Program-made: the position numbers and the translations under genes
NCBI GenBank assembly: GCA_013214625.1
Contig: JABSPO010000007.1
Span: 7,805 to 71,804 of the forward strand
DNA from: Flavobacteriaceae bacterium
GTDB taxonomy: Bacteria; Bacteroidota; Bacteroidia; Flavobacteriales; Flavobacteriaceae
DNA: 64,000 nucleotides
Direction: 5' to 3'
Shown here: positions 48,150-55,972 of the stretch, in pieces
Numbering within the stretch: position 1 is the stretch's first letter
Layout of the letters: each line of letters begins with the position of its first letter
Notes under the pieces: generated by a model
What the model saw: the letters and a program-made list of their open reading frames with translations, nothing else
Database searches by the model: none
What the model was told of the DNA's origin: nothing

Positions 48150-48678
48150 AACTAAACATAATCCTCATTTTAATCAATCTGAAATTGATGGATTAAATAC
48201 CCCTGAAATGCCATTAGCGCATGAATATAGATTTGAGGAAAAATTGAATAATAGAAAACGTAAAAAATTCATTCCTTTTAAATCAATTGCTGCAGCAGCA
48301 TCAATTATCATAACCTTAGGTGTCGTTTTTATCAAGAAACCAAATGAACAACTAATTGAAGAATCTTTTTCTCCTTCACAGGAAATAACCGAAGTACATC
48401 AATACTATGAAAACATCATTACTAATAAAATAGCCGCTATAAAATCCTCTGAAAATGACGACAATAACATACTGGTCTCTGATGCTATAGCCGAATTAAA
48501 CAATTTAAAACTAGAGGAAGAAAACCTTTTAAAACAATTATTAGAAAATCAGAACAACAGAATTGTAAAAGCATTGTTGACGAATTTTAAAATTAGAATT
48601 CAATTGCTTGAACAAGTTTCACAACAAATAACATCAATTAATCAATTAAAAAACGAACATTATGAAAATCATCTGTAA
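48139..48678 (+). CDS. Single-pass membrane protein, putative anti-sigma factor (module 2)
   Basis: It overlaps the sigma gene by 11 nt. It has an AHEYRF motif and one TM. The C-terminal RIVKALLTNFKIRIQLLEQV matches module 1's RIIKALVDNFQYRIQLLENV. Confidence 0.6.
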   Translation: MHHKTKHNPHFNQSEIDGLNTPEMPLAHEYRFEEKLNNRKRKKFIPFKSIAAAASIIITLGVVFIKKPNEQLIEESFSPSQEITEVHQYYENIITNKIAAIKSSENDDNNILVSDAIAELNNLKLEEENLLKQLLENQNNRIVKALLTNFKIRIQLLEQVSQQITSINQLKNEHYENHL

Positions 48679-49729
48679 CACTATACTATTACTGCTTCTA
48701 ATCCCCGCAGTATGCTTTTCAAACAACGGAAAGAAGAAAGGTAAATATCAAAAAGAAAAAAGTTATCATCAGGAGTTTACTGTAAACCCTGATGCTTTAT
48801 TAGAAATTAACAATCATTTTGGTGACATTAGCATTACTACTTGGAATGAAAATAAAACTGTTATTTCTGCAAACATCTCAGTTAGTGGTAATAACGAAAA
48901 AAAGGTGATTGAAAAAATTAAGCAAATTTCTATCCGATTTACCAATACAAAAAAATTAGTACAAGCCATTACAGAAATTGAAACTAAAAACTGGAGTACT
49001 AACAACTTAACCATTGACATTACCTATGTTATAAAAGCACCTGTTGGCAACAAAATGTTACTTGAAAATAAATACGGTAACATCAATTTAAATCACCTAA
49101 ACAATAAAGCAACTATATCCTGCAAATACGGATCAATTGACATTGGAAAACTAAACCATTCAGACAATGAAATTAACTTAAAGTATTCAGAAAACTCATC
49201 AATTCAATACATAAAAAATGGAGTTATAAGTAGTAAATACTCAACTATTACTATTGATAAAACTGATGCCTTGGTTATAAATGCTGATTATACAAACACC
49301 TACATCGGAAGTGCTGACATTATTGAGTTTGAAGGGAAACATGGTGATTTAAACATCAATCAAATTAGGAATTTAGTAATTGACGGAAACTATTTAAAAA
49401 TTAAATTAAACGAATTACTAAATACCTTGAATATAGATACTTCCTATAGCACAATCAATGTTAATCAAATCAAAAAACACTTTCAAAAAATAAATATTGT
49501 TTCTCAATATTCAACTATTGCTTTGAAGTACAATCCAGACACATCTTTTAAATTTAACATTTTAACCAATTATGGTAATTTTAAATACAATGACAATTTA
49601 ATAATATCATCGTTAAGAGAATCAAAGAAAAGCAAAGCCTATTCTGGACATACAAATAACAATACAAGCCTGAACCATATTGGAATAGAATCCGACTATA
49701 CAAATGTGATCTTAAATAATATTGATTAA
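48662..49729 (+). CDS. Beta-strand-repeat (DUF4097-like) putative lipoprotein (module 2)
   Basis: It overlaps the upstream gene by 17 nt and has a lipobox-like PAVC. It contains HFGDISITTW, NKYGNINLN and KYGSIDIGK repeats. Confidence 0.6.
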   Translation: MKIICNTILLLLLIPAVCFSNNGKKKGKYQKEKSYHQEFTVNPDALLEINNHFGDISITTWNENKTVISANISVSGNNEKKVIEKIKQISIRFTNTKKLVQAITEIETKNWSTNNLTIDITYVIKAPVGNKMLLENKYGNINLNHLNNKATISCKYGSIDIGKLNHSDNEINLKYSENSSIQYIKNGVISSKYSTITIDKTDALVINADYTNTYIGSADIIEFEGKHGDLNINQIRNLVIDGNYLKIKLNELLNTLNIDTSYSTINVNQIKKHFQKINIVSQYSTIALKYNPDTSFKFNILTNYGNFKYNDNLIISSLRESKKSKAYSGHTNNNTSLNHIGIESDYTNVILNNID

Positions 49730-49787
49730 ACTTTCAAATAGACATAATATTTGATACTTTTTCATCGTTGTATAAAAAACAATCTAA

Positions 49788-50768
49788 ATGATTCAAAAAA
49801 CATTACTTGCCTTTTGTATACTATTAAGTACAATTTGCTTCGGCCAAATAACAATACAGGATAAAGAAACAAAAGAACCTGTTTCATTTGCTACTATTTC
49901 GTTCGGTAACGGAAATGGATTATTTGCTGATGATGAGGGGAAGTTTGTGTTTACCAAAAAACTGTATCGTGATATTGATTCTCTATACATTACTTCTATT
50001 GGATATAAAGAATTGAAAATGGTAACAGACAGCTTACCATCAGTAATAACTCTAGAACCGTTAGCTGATCAATTACAAGAAATCATTGTACAAGTAAAAC
50101 CAAAAGGGAAGTTCAAAATGAGAAAGGTAAAACCAACTTTACATGAAGACTACTTCAAATGTTGGTTACCTACAATAGAATCGGAAATAGCAGTGTTCTT
50201 TCCTAACGAAGAGAAAAAAACAAAACAAATAACGAAACTTTATTTACCCATAAAAACAGAAGCTTCTGACTGGAGCAAACGCAAAAGATCAAACACAAAA
50301 AAACGTTCGTTTTCTACTCTATTTAAAATCAACTTTTACGAAAATAACGAAGGGTTCCCTGGAGATATCCTTAGCTACGAAAAAGTAGTTTTTAGAGTTA
50401 CACAAGAAAGTGAATCTGTTTTTGAACTTGATATTACTAAAAATGATATTTTTATTCCTAAAGAAGGCATCTTTGTTGCAATACAAATTTTAGGGTATAC
50501 CGATAAACTTGGTAAATTACTCCCAAACAAAAAATATCAGGAAGTTAAAACACGTAAAGGAATCGTTAAAGTATCCACTACTTTCCGTCCGTTACTACCG
50601 TTTACTAATGAAATCTCCAGTAAAAGAACCTACATCAAACGCATCTTTTTAAACAACAATAAATGGATTCGTTTTGAAAAGAAAAACATTGCAAATAACA
50701 AACTACTAGCTGCAGGACTAAATAACTACGGAATGGGGATGGAAATGAAAGTGTACCAAAAAAACTAA
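49788..50768 (+). CDS. CarboxypepD_reg-like domain protein (module 2)
   Basis: 326 aa with a signal peptide. The N-terminal domain reads ITIQDKETKEPVSFATISF...DDEGKFVF...SIGYKE. Confidence 0.55.
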   Translation: MIQKTLLAFCILLSTICFGQITIQDKETKEPVSFATISFGNGNGLFADDEGKFVFTKKLYRDIDSLYITSIGYKELKMVTDSLPSVITLEPLADQLQEIIVQVKPKGKFKMRKVKPTLHEDYFKCWLPTIESEIAVFFPNEEKKTKQITKLYLPIKTEASDWSKRKRSNTKKRSFSTLFKINFYENNEGFPGDILSYEKVVFRVTQESESVFELDITKNDIFIPKEGIFVAIQILGYTDKLGKLLPNKKYQEVKTRKGIVKVSTTFRPLLPFTNEISSKRTYIKRIFLNNNKWIRFEKKNIANNKLLAAGLNNYGMGMEMKVYQKN

Positions 50769-50854
50769 CCTTTTTTCTGTTTTAAAACAGTTGTACACTT
50801 AAGCTATATAAAGTATATATTTACCACAATTATATAATTTAAAAAAACACCACA

Positions 50855-52396
50855 TTGAATTTTACACCCGAAGACATTGTTCAAATTGAAGATAATGGAT
50901 TAACTGTTGAAAAAGTAATTTCTCAAATACAAATTTTCAAAACCGGGATTACTCCAACAAACTTGAAAGATGCTGCTACTATAAATAACGGCATACTTAA
51001 CTTTAATGATTCTGAAAAAAAAGAATTTATAAATTATTTTGAGTCACAAAAAGAATCCGTTTCTATCATGAAATTTATTCCTTCTTCTGGTGCAGCCTCA
51101 AGAATGTTTCAGTTTTTATTTAAGTTTCTAAAAGAATTCAATCCAAAAAAAGAATCTATAAATTCCTATATCAATAAAAACAAAGTTCCAGAGATGACCT
51201 TGTTTCTATTCGGGTTGGAGAAATTCCCTTTTTATAAAGAAGCCAAAACATTACTCCCGTTAAATTATGAGCAGTTAACTGATGATGAAAAAGCTATTGC
51301 TTTTGTTAAAGTGATTCTTGACGAGGACAACTTAAATTATGGTGAGCAACCAAAAGGATTACTTCCTTTTCATCAATATAAAAACGAAATATCTACTGCC
51401 TTTCAGGAACATCTTTTTGAAGCTGCATCATATGCTTCAAAAAACAATAATGCAAGATTGCATTTTACCATTTCTGAGAATCATAAAAACAAGTTTGAGC
51501 AAGAGCTAAATCAAATTCAAGAACATGTATCCAAAAAAACCAACTGTACTTTTGATATTTCATTTTCTTTTCAAAAACAACAAACTGATACAATAGCGGT
51601 AACTCTTAAAAATGAAGTTTTTAGAGATGATGCCGATAAATTGTCATTTCGACCGTCTGGACATGGCGCCTTAATTGAAAACTTAAATGATATAAATGAA
51701 GATCTTATTTTCATAAAAAATATTGACAATGTAGTTGCAGCTAACCTTAGTAAAACCGTAGCTTCATATAAAAAAATGTTAGGTGGTGTTTTATTGAAAA
51801 CACAAGGGAAAGTATTTGAATATCAAGAACGTCTAGAAAACCACTCTATTTCTGAAGAAGAAATTATCACTATTGCTAACTTTATTGCAAACACATTAAA
51901 TGTTGTTGTAAACCTTGAATTTGAAAAATATTCTAACAAATATCAAATAGAGTATTTAGTTGAAAAATTAAATCGTCCTATTAGAGTTTGTGGAATGGTG
52001 AAAAATGAAGGCGAACCAGGTGGAGGCCCTTTTTGGGTGAAAAGTGAAAATGGGACTACTTCGTTGCAAATTGTTGAAAGCGCTCAAATAAACAAGAAAG
52101 ATAAATTACAAAAAGAAATCATTAAGAATGCTACTCATTTCAATCCTGTAGATTTAGTTTGCGGAGTTAAAAATTATAAAGGCGACAAATATAACCTCAT
52201 AGAATATATTGATGTTAACACTGGATTTATTTCTGCCAAAACAAAATTAGGAAAAAACCTAAAGGCACTTGAATTACCTGGATTATGGAATGGAGCTATG
52301 GCAAATTGGAATACCATTTTCGTAGAAGTTCCGCTAGAAACTTTCAATCCCGTAAAAACAGTAAATGATTTATTAAAACCGGCTCATCAAGCCTAG
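50855..52396 (+). CDS. DUF4301-like protein (possible nucleotidyltransferase fold)
   Basis: 513-aa ORF with an apparent TTG start and no nearby in-frame ATG. The motifs PSSGAASRMF and NEGEPGGGPFW are reminiscent of sugar-nucleotidyltransferases. The family assignment is from memory only. Confidence 0.5.
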   Translation: MNFTPEDIVQIEDNGLTVEKVISQIQIFKTGITPTNLKDAATINNGILNFNDSEKKEFINYFESQKESVSIMKFIPSSGAASRMFQFLFKFLKEFNPKKESINSYINKNKVPEMTLFLFGLEKFPFYKEAKTLLPLNYEQLTDDEKAIAFVKVILDEDNLNYGEQPKGLLPFHQYKNEISTAFQEHLFEAASYASKNNNARLHFTISENHKNKFEQELNQIQEHVSKKTNCTFDISFSFQKQQTDTIAVTLKNEVFRDDADKLSFRPSGHGALIENLNDINEDLIFIKNIDNVVAANLSKTVASYKKMLGGVLLKTQGKVFEYQERLENHSISEEEIITIANFIANTLNVVVNLEFEKYSNKYQIEYLVEKLNRPIRVCGMVKNEGEPGGGPFWVKSENGTTSLQIVESAQINKKDKLQKEIIKNATHFNPVDLVCGVKNYKGDKYNLIEYIDVNTGFISAKTKLGKNLKALELPGLWNGAMANWNTIFVEVPLETFNPVKTVNDLLKPAHQA

Positions 52397-52397
52397 T

Positions 52398-52796
52398 TTG
52401 AATTCGATAGTTGTCATACAAGAATGCACTTTCAAAGCTGTAAGAAGCTCTGGTGCTGGAGGGCAGCATGTAAATAAGGTCTCGTCAAAAATAGAATTAA
52501 GTTTTGATTTATTGAACTCAAAAGGGTTCTCTGAATATGAAAAGACATTACTACAACGGAAATTAAAATTATCAAAAGAAGGATGTTTATTATTACAATG
52601 TTCCGAAAGTAGGAGTCAACATAAAAACAAAGCTTTGGTTATAAAACGCTTTCTATCGCTGTTAAAAAAAAGCTTAATTGTTCCTAAAAGAAGGATTCCT
52701 ACCAAAACACCAAAAAGGGTTATCCGCAAACGATTAAAAAATAAAAAACATCAAGCTGATAAAAAAAATAATCGCCAAAAACCCTCTGCCGATTAA
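52398..52796 (+). CDS. arfB: Alternative ribosome-rescue factor ArfB (peptidyl-tRNA hydrolase, GGQ domain)
   Basis: SSGAGGQHVNKVSS GGQ motif plus a basic C-terminal tail (KRVIRKRLKNKKHQADKKNNRQK). The TTG start lies 1 nt after the upstream stop. Confidence 0.85.
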   Translation: MNSIVVIQECTFKAVRSSGAGGQHVNKVSSKIELSFDLLNSKGFSEYEKTLLQRKLKLSKEGCLLLQCSESRSQHKNKALVIKRFLSLLKKSLIVPKRRIPTKTPKRVIRKRLKNKKHQADKKNNRQKPSAD

Positions 52797-52815
52797 GTAT
52801 TACTCCTTGTGTTTC

Positions 52816-53256
52816 TTAATTATAAACTCGTATTATACTCCCGTTTTGCTCAACTCGATACGCTTTCAAACAATGACCTGTTGCCCCAGCTGTTTGTTGT
52901 CCTGTTAACAACTCGTACTTATTTCCATCGTCACACTGGCAAGTTAATTCAATCCCTGATAACGTCATTCGAGAACAACTACTTGGAGCATGTGCAGGAT
53001 CACTAGCTTCAAAAGCCACAAACGAACCTCCTGAGTTATACAAATAAAACCCCATAACACTATACCCGCTCACATATAATGAATTACCGGAAAATTGAAG
53101 TCCACTATACTGTGGTAAGTTTAAGTTAATTGCATTACCTGTATCAAAACTATAATTAGGCAGCAACACACTAACACATCCTGCTTGAATAGCATCATCT
53201 TTTTTACAACTTCCAGCTAGTATTAGTATAAGTATTCCTAATAAAATCTTTTTCAT
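52816..53256 (-). CDS. Hypothetical lipoprotein
   Basis: 146 aa with lipobox LAGSC and a Cys-containing C-terminal half (SSCSRM...LTCQCDDG). The family is not recognised. Confidence 0.5.
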   Translation of the reverse strand: MKKILLGILILILAGSCKKDDAIQAGCVSVLLPNYSFDTGNAINLNLPQYSGLQFSGNSLYVSGYSVMGFYLYNSGGSFVAFEASDPAHAPSSCSRMTLSGIELTCQCDDGNKYELLTGQQTAGATGHCLKAYRVEQNGSIIRVYN

Positions 53257-53320
53257 CTGTTATTTTTATTATAATTAATAGTTCAAATCTTTACTCACAA
53301 TAATAACCAACAACCTCACT

Positions 53321-53440
53321 TCAAGCCCACCAGGTATGAATTAACATTGCATTTTTTCGAACGAGGCACCTCAATAGTCATCGGGACGGGGTATTAAACC
53401 CACTGGCGGAATTAAAACCTTGGCTATCGCCCTGCGATTA
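53321..53440 (+). other. GC-rich conserved intergenic element, copy B (candidate structured RNA or repeat)
   Basis: It has the same ordered blocks as copy A, plus an internal direct repeat GGGGTATTAAACC (53388-53400) / GGCGGAATTAAAACC (53405-53419). Confidence 0.35.
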
Positions 53441-53476
53441 AATGAGCTCAAATTTACAATAAATGCTAAAATTTAT

Positions 53477-53484
53477 TATATTTG
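53477..53484 (+). promoter_or_regulatory. -7 box (TATATTTG) in the greA upstream region
   Basis: It is the only TAnnTTTG match I found between 53257 and 53651. A hairpin follows directly at 53492-53517. Confidence 0.4.
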
Positions 53485-53597
53485 TTAGTGGAAATCCTGT
53501 TTTTAACGGGATTTTTTATGTTTTAGTATCTGTAAGAATGTAGATTTTATCATTGGCAACACCAGAAAAGATAGAATTATCAATATAATTATTCAAA

Positions 53598-53613
53598 TCG
53601 ATGAAATCATCGA
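53598..53613. promoter_or_regulatory. Perfect inverted repeat TCGATGA-AA-TCATCGA, 38 nt upstream of greA
   Basis: Read directly from the sequence. The 7-bp arms are exact reverse complements. Confidence 0.35.
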
Positions 53614-53651
53614 GATGACAAACCCAGTTAATTGGGGAAAAAAATGACGTT

Positions 53652-54128
53652 ATGAGTAAGGTATCTTATTATAGTGAAGAAGGGTTAAAAAACTTAAGAG
53701 ATGAATTAAATCAATTAAGAGATATTGAGCGCCCAAAGGCATCTCAAGCAATTGCTGAAGCTAGAGATAAAGGAGATTTATCTGAAAATGCAGAATATGA
53801 CGCTGCAAAAGAAGCACAAGGAATGTTAGAAATGCACATCTCTAAGTTAGAGACTGTAGTTTCAAGCGCACGAATTATTGACGAATCACAATTAGATACT
53901 TCTAAAGTATTAATTCATTCTAAAGTAAAAATTAAGAACCAGTTAAACGGAATGGAAATGGTGTATTCGTTAGTTGCAGAAAGTGAAGCTGATTTAAAAA
54001 CTGGTAAAATTTCTGTAACCTCACCAATCGGAAGAGGGCTATTAGGAAATTCTGTTGGAGATATTGCAGAAGTTCAAGTTCCAAACGGAGTTATGAAGTT
54101 TGAAATATTAGAAATTTCTAGAATATAA
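53652..54128 (+). CDS. greA: Transcription elongation factor GreA
   Basis: 158 aa with DLSENAEYDAAKE acidic-tip coiled-coil and a C-terminal globular domain (SPIGRGLLG). Confidence 0.95.
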   Translation: MSKVSYYSEEGLKNLRDELNQLRDIERPKASQAIAEARDKGDLSENAEYDAAKEAQGMLEMHISKLETVVSSARIIDESQLDTSKVLIHSKVKIKNQLNGMEMVYSLVAESEADLKTGKISVTSPIGRGLLGNSVGDIAEVQVPNGVMKFEILEISRI

Positions 54129-54192
54129 AACACATTGTGTTTCTTATTAATTCTAAAATAAAATTAAGCTTAACAGAAAACAATATAAAAAC

Positions 54193-54304
54193 GTCATTCT
54201 GAATTTATTTCAGAATATCATCATCAAGACAACATGCTTTTTAGAGGTACCGACCCCTTAATGGTTATCTAGTAAGTGAGAAACTGAAACAAGTTCAGTT
54301 TGAC
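54193..54304. repeat. MITE/REP-like composite element with hairpin-forming terminal inverted repeats
   Basis: The left end is GTCATTCTGAA-TTTAT-TTCAGAAT and the right end is AAACTGAA-ACAAG-TTCAGTTTGAC. The terminal 11-mers are 9/11 reverse complements. The core is GC-richer (GGTACCGACCCC). Confidence 0.55.
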
Positions 54305-54351
54305 GAAAATAGTATTTTTACTTAATAGTATCTTAATCAAAAACATCAATT

Positions 54352-54741
54352 ATGGCATCAATATTTACAAAAATAATCTCAGGAGAAATACCTTGTTACA
54401 AAGTTGCTGAAACAACAGATTTCTTAGCCTTTTTAGATATTAATCCAAATGCGAAAGGGCACACTCTTTGTATCCCTAAAAAAGAAGAAAATAAAATCTT
54501 TGATTTGGACGAGAATGAATATGTTGAATTGATGAAGTTCTCGCGCAAAGTAGCAAAAGGGATTGAAAAAGTAATTGACTGTAAAAGAGTTGGTATGACT
54601 GTAATTGGCTTAGAAGTACCTCATGTACACGTACATTTAATTCCGTTAACAACTATGGAAGATGCGCGTTTTATCAACAAACAAAATCTATCCCCTGAAG
54701 ATTTTAAAAATATTGCAACCCAAATTAGTGAAGCAATCTAA
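54352..54741 (+). CDS. HIT-family (histidine triad) protein
   Basis: The HVHVHLIP histidine triad. 129 aa. Confidence 0.9.
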   Translation: MASIFTKIISGEIPCYKVAETTDFLAFLDINPNAKGHTLCIPKKEENKIFDLDENEYVELMKFSRKVAKGIEKVIDCKRVGMTVIGLEVPHVHVHLIPLTTMEDARFINKQNLSPEDFKNIATQISEAI

Positions 54742-54743
54742 AA

Positions 54744-55892
54744 TTAGACTACCGTTTTTAAGCTAACCTGAATAACAGTTCCATTATCAATTTCGGATGA
54801 TAGTACGGTAATCCTACCATTATGATAATCTTCAATAATTCGTTTAGAAAGCGATAATCCTAACCCCCAACCACGTTTTTTTGTAGTATGACCAGGTTCA
54901 AAAATTTTACGGAATTGTGATTTTATAATTCCTTTTCCCGTATCCTGAACTTGAATATATACTACATCTTCAAGTTGATGTAATTTTACTAACAACTCCC
55001 CTTTTCCTTTCATTGCATCTATAGCATTCTTTATTAAGTTTTCAATAGTCCAACTATATAATTGTGAATTTAAATTTACATAGATGTCCTCTTCTTTTGC
55101 TTCAAAAGAAAATTGAACCAGTTTTGACGAGCGTAATTGCAAATACTCAAATGTTTGTTTTGTTTCTGTAACAATGTTTTTTCTATCTAATTTTGGTGTA
55201 GAGCCTATTTTAGAAAATCGCTCGGTAATCGTTTGTAACCGATCAACATCTTTAGTCATCTCTTGTAATGTATCCTCTGACACATTTTCCATTTTTAAAA
55301 TCTCTATCCAACCAATTAAAGATGATAGTGGTGTTCCTATTTGATGCGCAGTTTCCTTAGCCATACCTGCCCATAGTTTATTTTGTTCTGCATTTTTTGT
55401 TGATTTATAGAAGAAGAATACAACACTTCCAAATAAAAACAATATCAATACTAATGCCAACGGATAGTATTTTAGTTTATTAATTAAAGAGGAATTTCCA
55501 TAATAAATAGTCTGTAACACTTTGCCTTTAAACTTTGCCTCAATAGGAGTGTTTTCTTCTATAAATCGATTGATTAATTTTTTAACTTTTAAAGAGTCTT
55601 GATTCGTTAGGTTATTAATATTATGTATATCATACTCTCCTTTGTTATTCATTATAATCATAGGAGTCGTATGGTTGCTTTGTAAAATTTCTAAAGACAA
55701 TTCATTTATCACCGCATTTAAATCATCATTATTATTTACATCATCAAAAGCATGTGCCCAGATATTCATTTTTATACGCTCTTCTTCTTTAAAATTTTGA
55801 AAAAAAGTATAGGTATTCCATAATATTAAGGATACCAATATTGAGGAAATCAAAATACTCACCCAACGAAATAAATTTTTATTTTCAAACAT
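54744..55892 (-). CDS. Sensor histidine kinase (two TM, HisKA + HATPase_c)
   Basis: H-box AHQIGTPLSSL, N-box LIKNAIDA, G1 QDTGKG, G2 GWGLGLS. There is no response regulator next to it. Confidence 0.85.
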   Translation of the reverse strand: MFENKNLFRWVSILISSILVSLILWNTYTFFQNFKEEERIKMNIWAHAFDDVNNNDDLNAVINELSLEILQSNHTTPMIIMNNKGEYDIHNINNLTNQDSLKVKKLINRFIEENTPIEAKFKGKVLQTIYYGNSSLINKLKYYPLALVLILFLFGSVVFFFYKSTKNAEQNKLWAGMAKETAHQIGTPLSSLIGWIEILKMENVSEDTLQEMTKDVDRLQTITERFSKIGSTPKLDRKNIVTETKQTFEYLQLRSSKLVQFSFEAKEEDIYVNLNSQLYSWTIENLIKNAIDAMKGKGELLVKLHQLEDVVYIQVQDTGKGIIKSQFRKIFEPGHTTKKRGWGLGLSLSKRIIEDYHNGRITVLSSEIDNGTVIQVSLKTVV

Positions 55893-55946
55893 TTACAAAA
55901 TAATTTAAGTAACTAAAATAAGGTTTTTTATTAAAACATTTATAGT

Positions 55947-55954
55947 TATTTTTG
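55947..55954 (+). promoter_or_regulatory. -7 box (TATTTTTG) upstream of the flavin reductase gene
   Basis: 19 nt upstream of ATG 55973. Confidence 0.5.
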
Positions 55955-55972
55955 AGGTTCAAAATTAGAACT

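Noticed and set aside
53381-53410. Whether the motifs containing CCACTGG are a cobalamin riboswitch B12 box, or whether elements A and B are RNase P, tmRNA or SRP RNA.
   Set aside because: I did not see the B12-box consensus or the conserved cores of RNase P (GAGGAAAGTCC), tmRNA or SRP RNA (GGAAGCAGC-type). The neighbouring genes are not cobalamin-related.
53421-53435. A sigma-54-like GG-N10-GC arrangement (TGGCTATCGCCCTGC) inside element B.
   Set aside because: Only the GG/GC dinucleotides and part of each box match TGGCAC-N5-TTGC. No enhancer-binding protein gene is nearby. A chance match inside a GC-rich island is likely.
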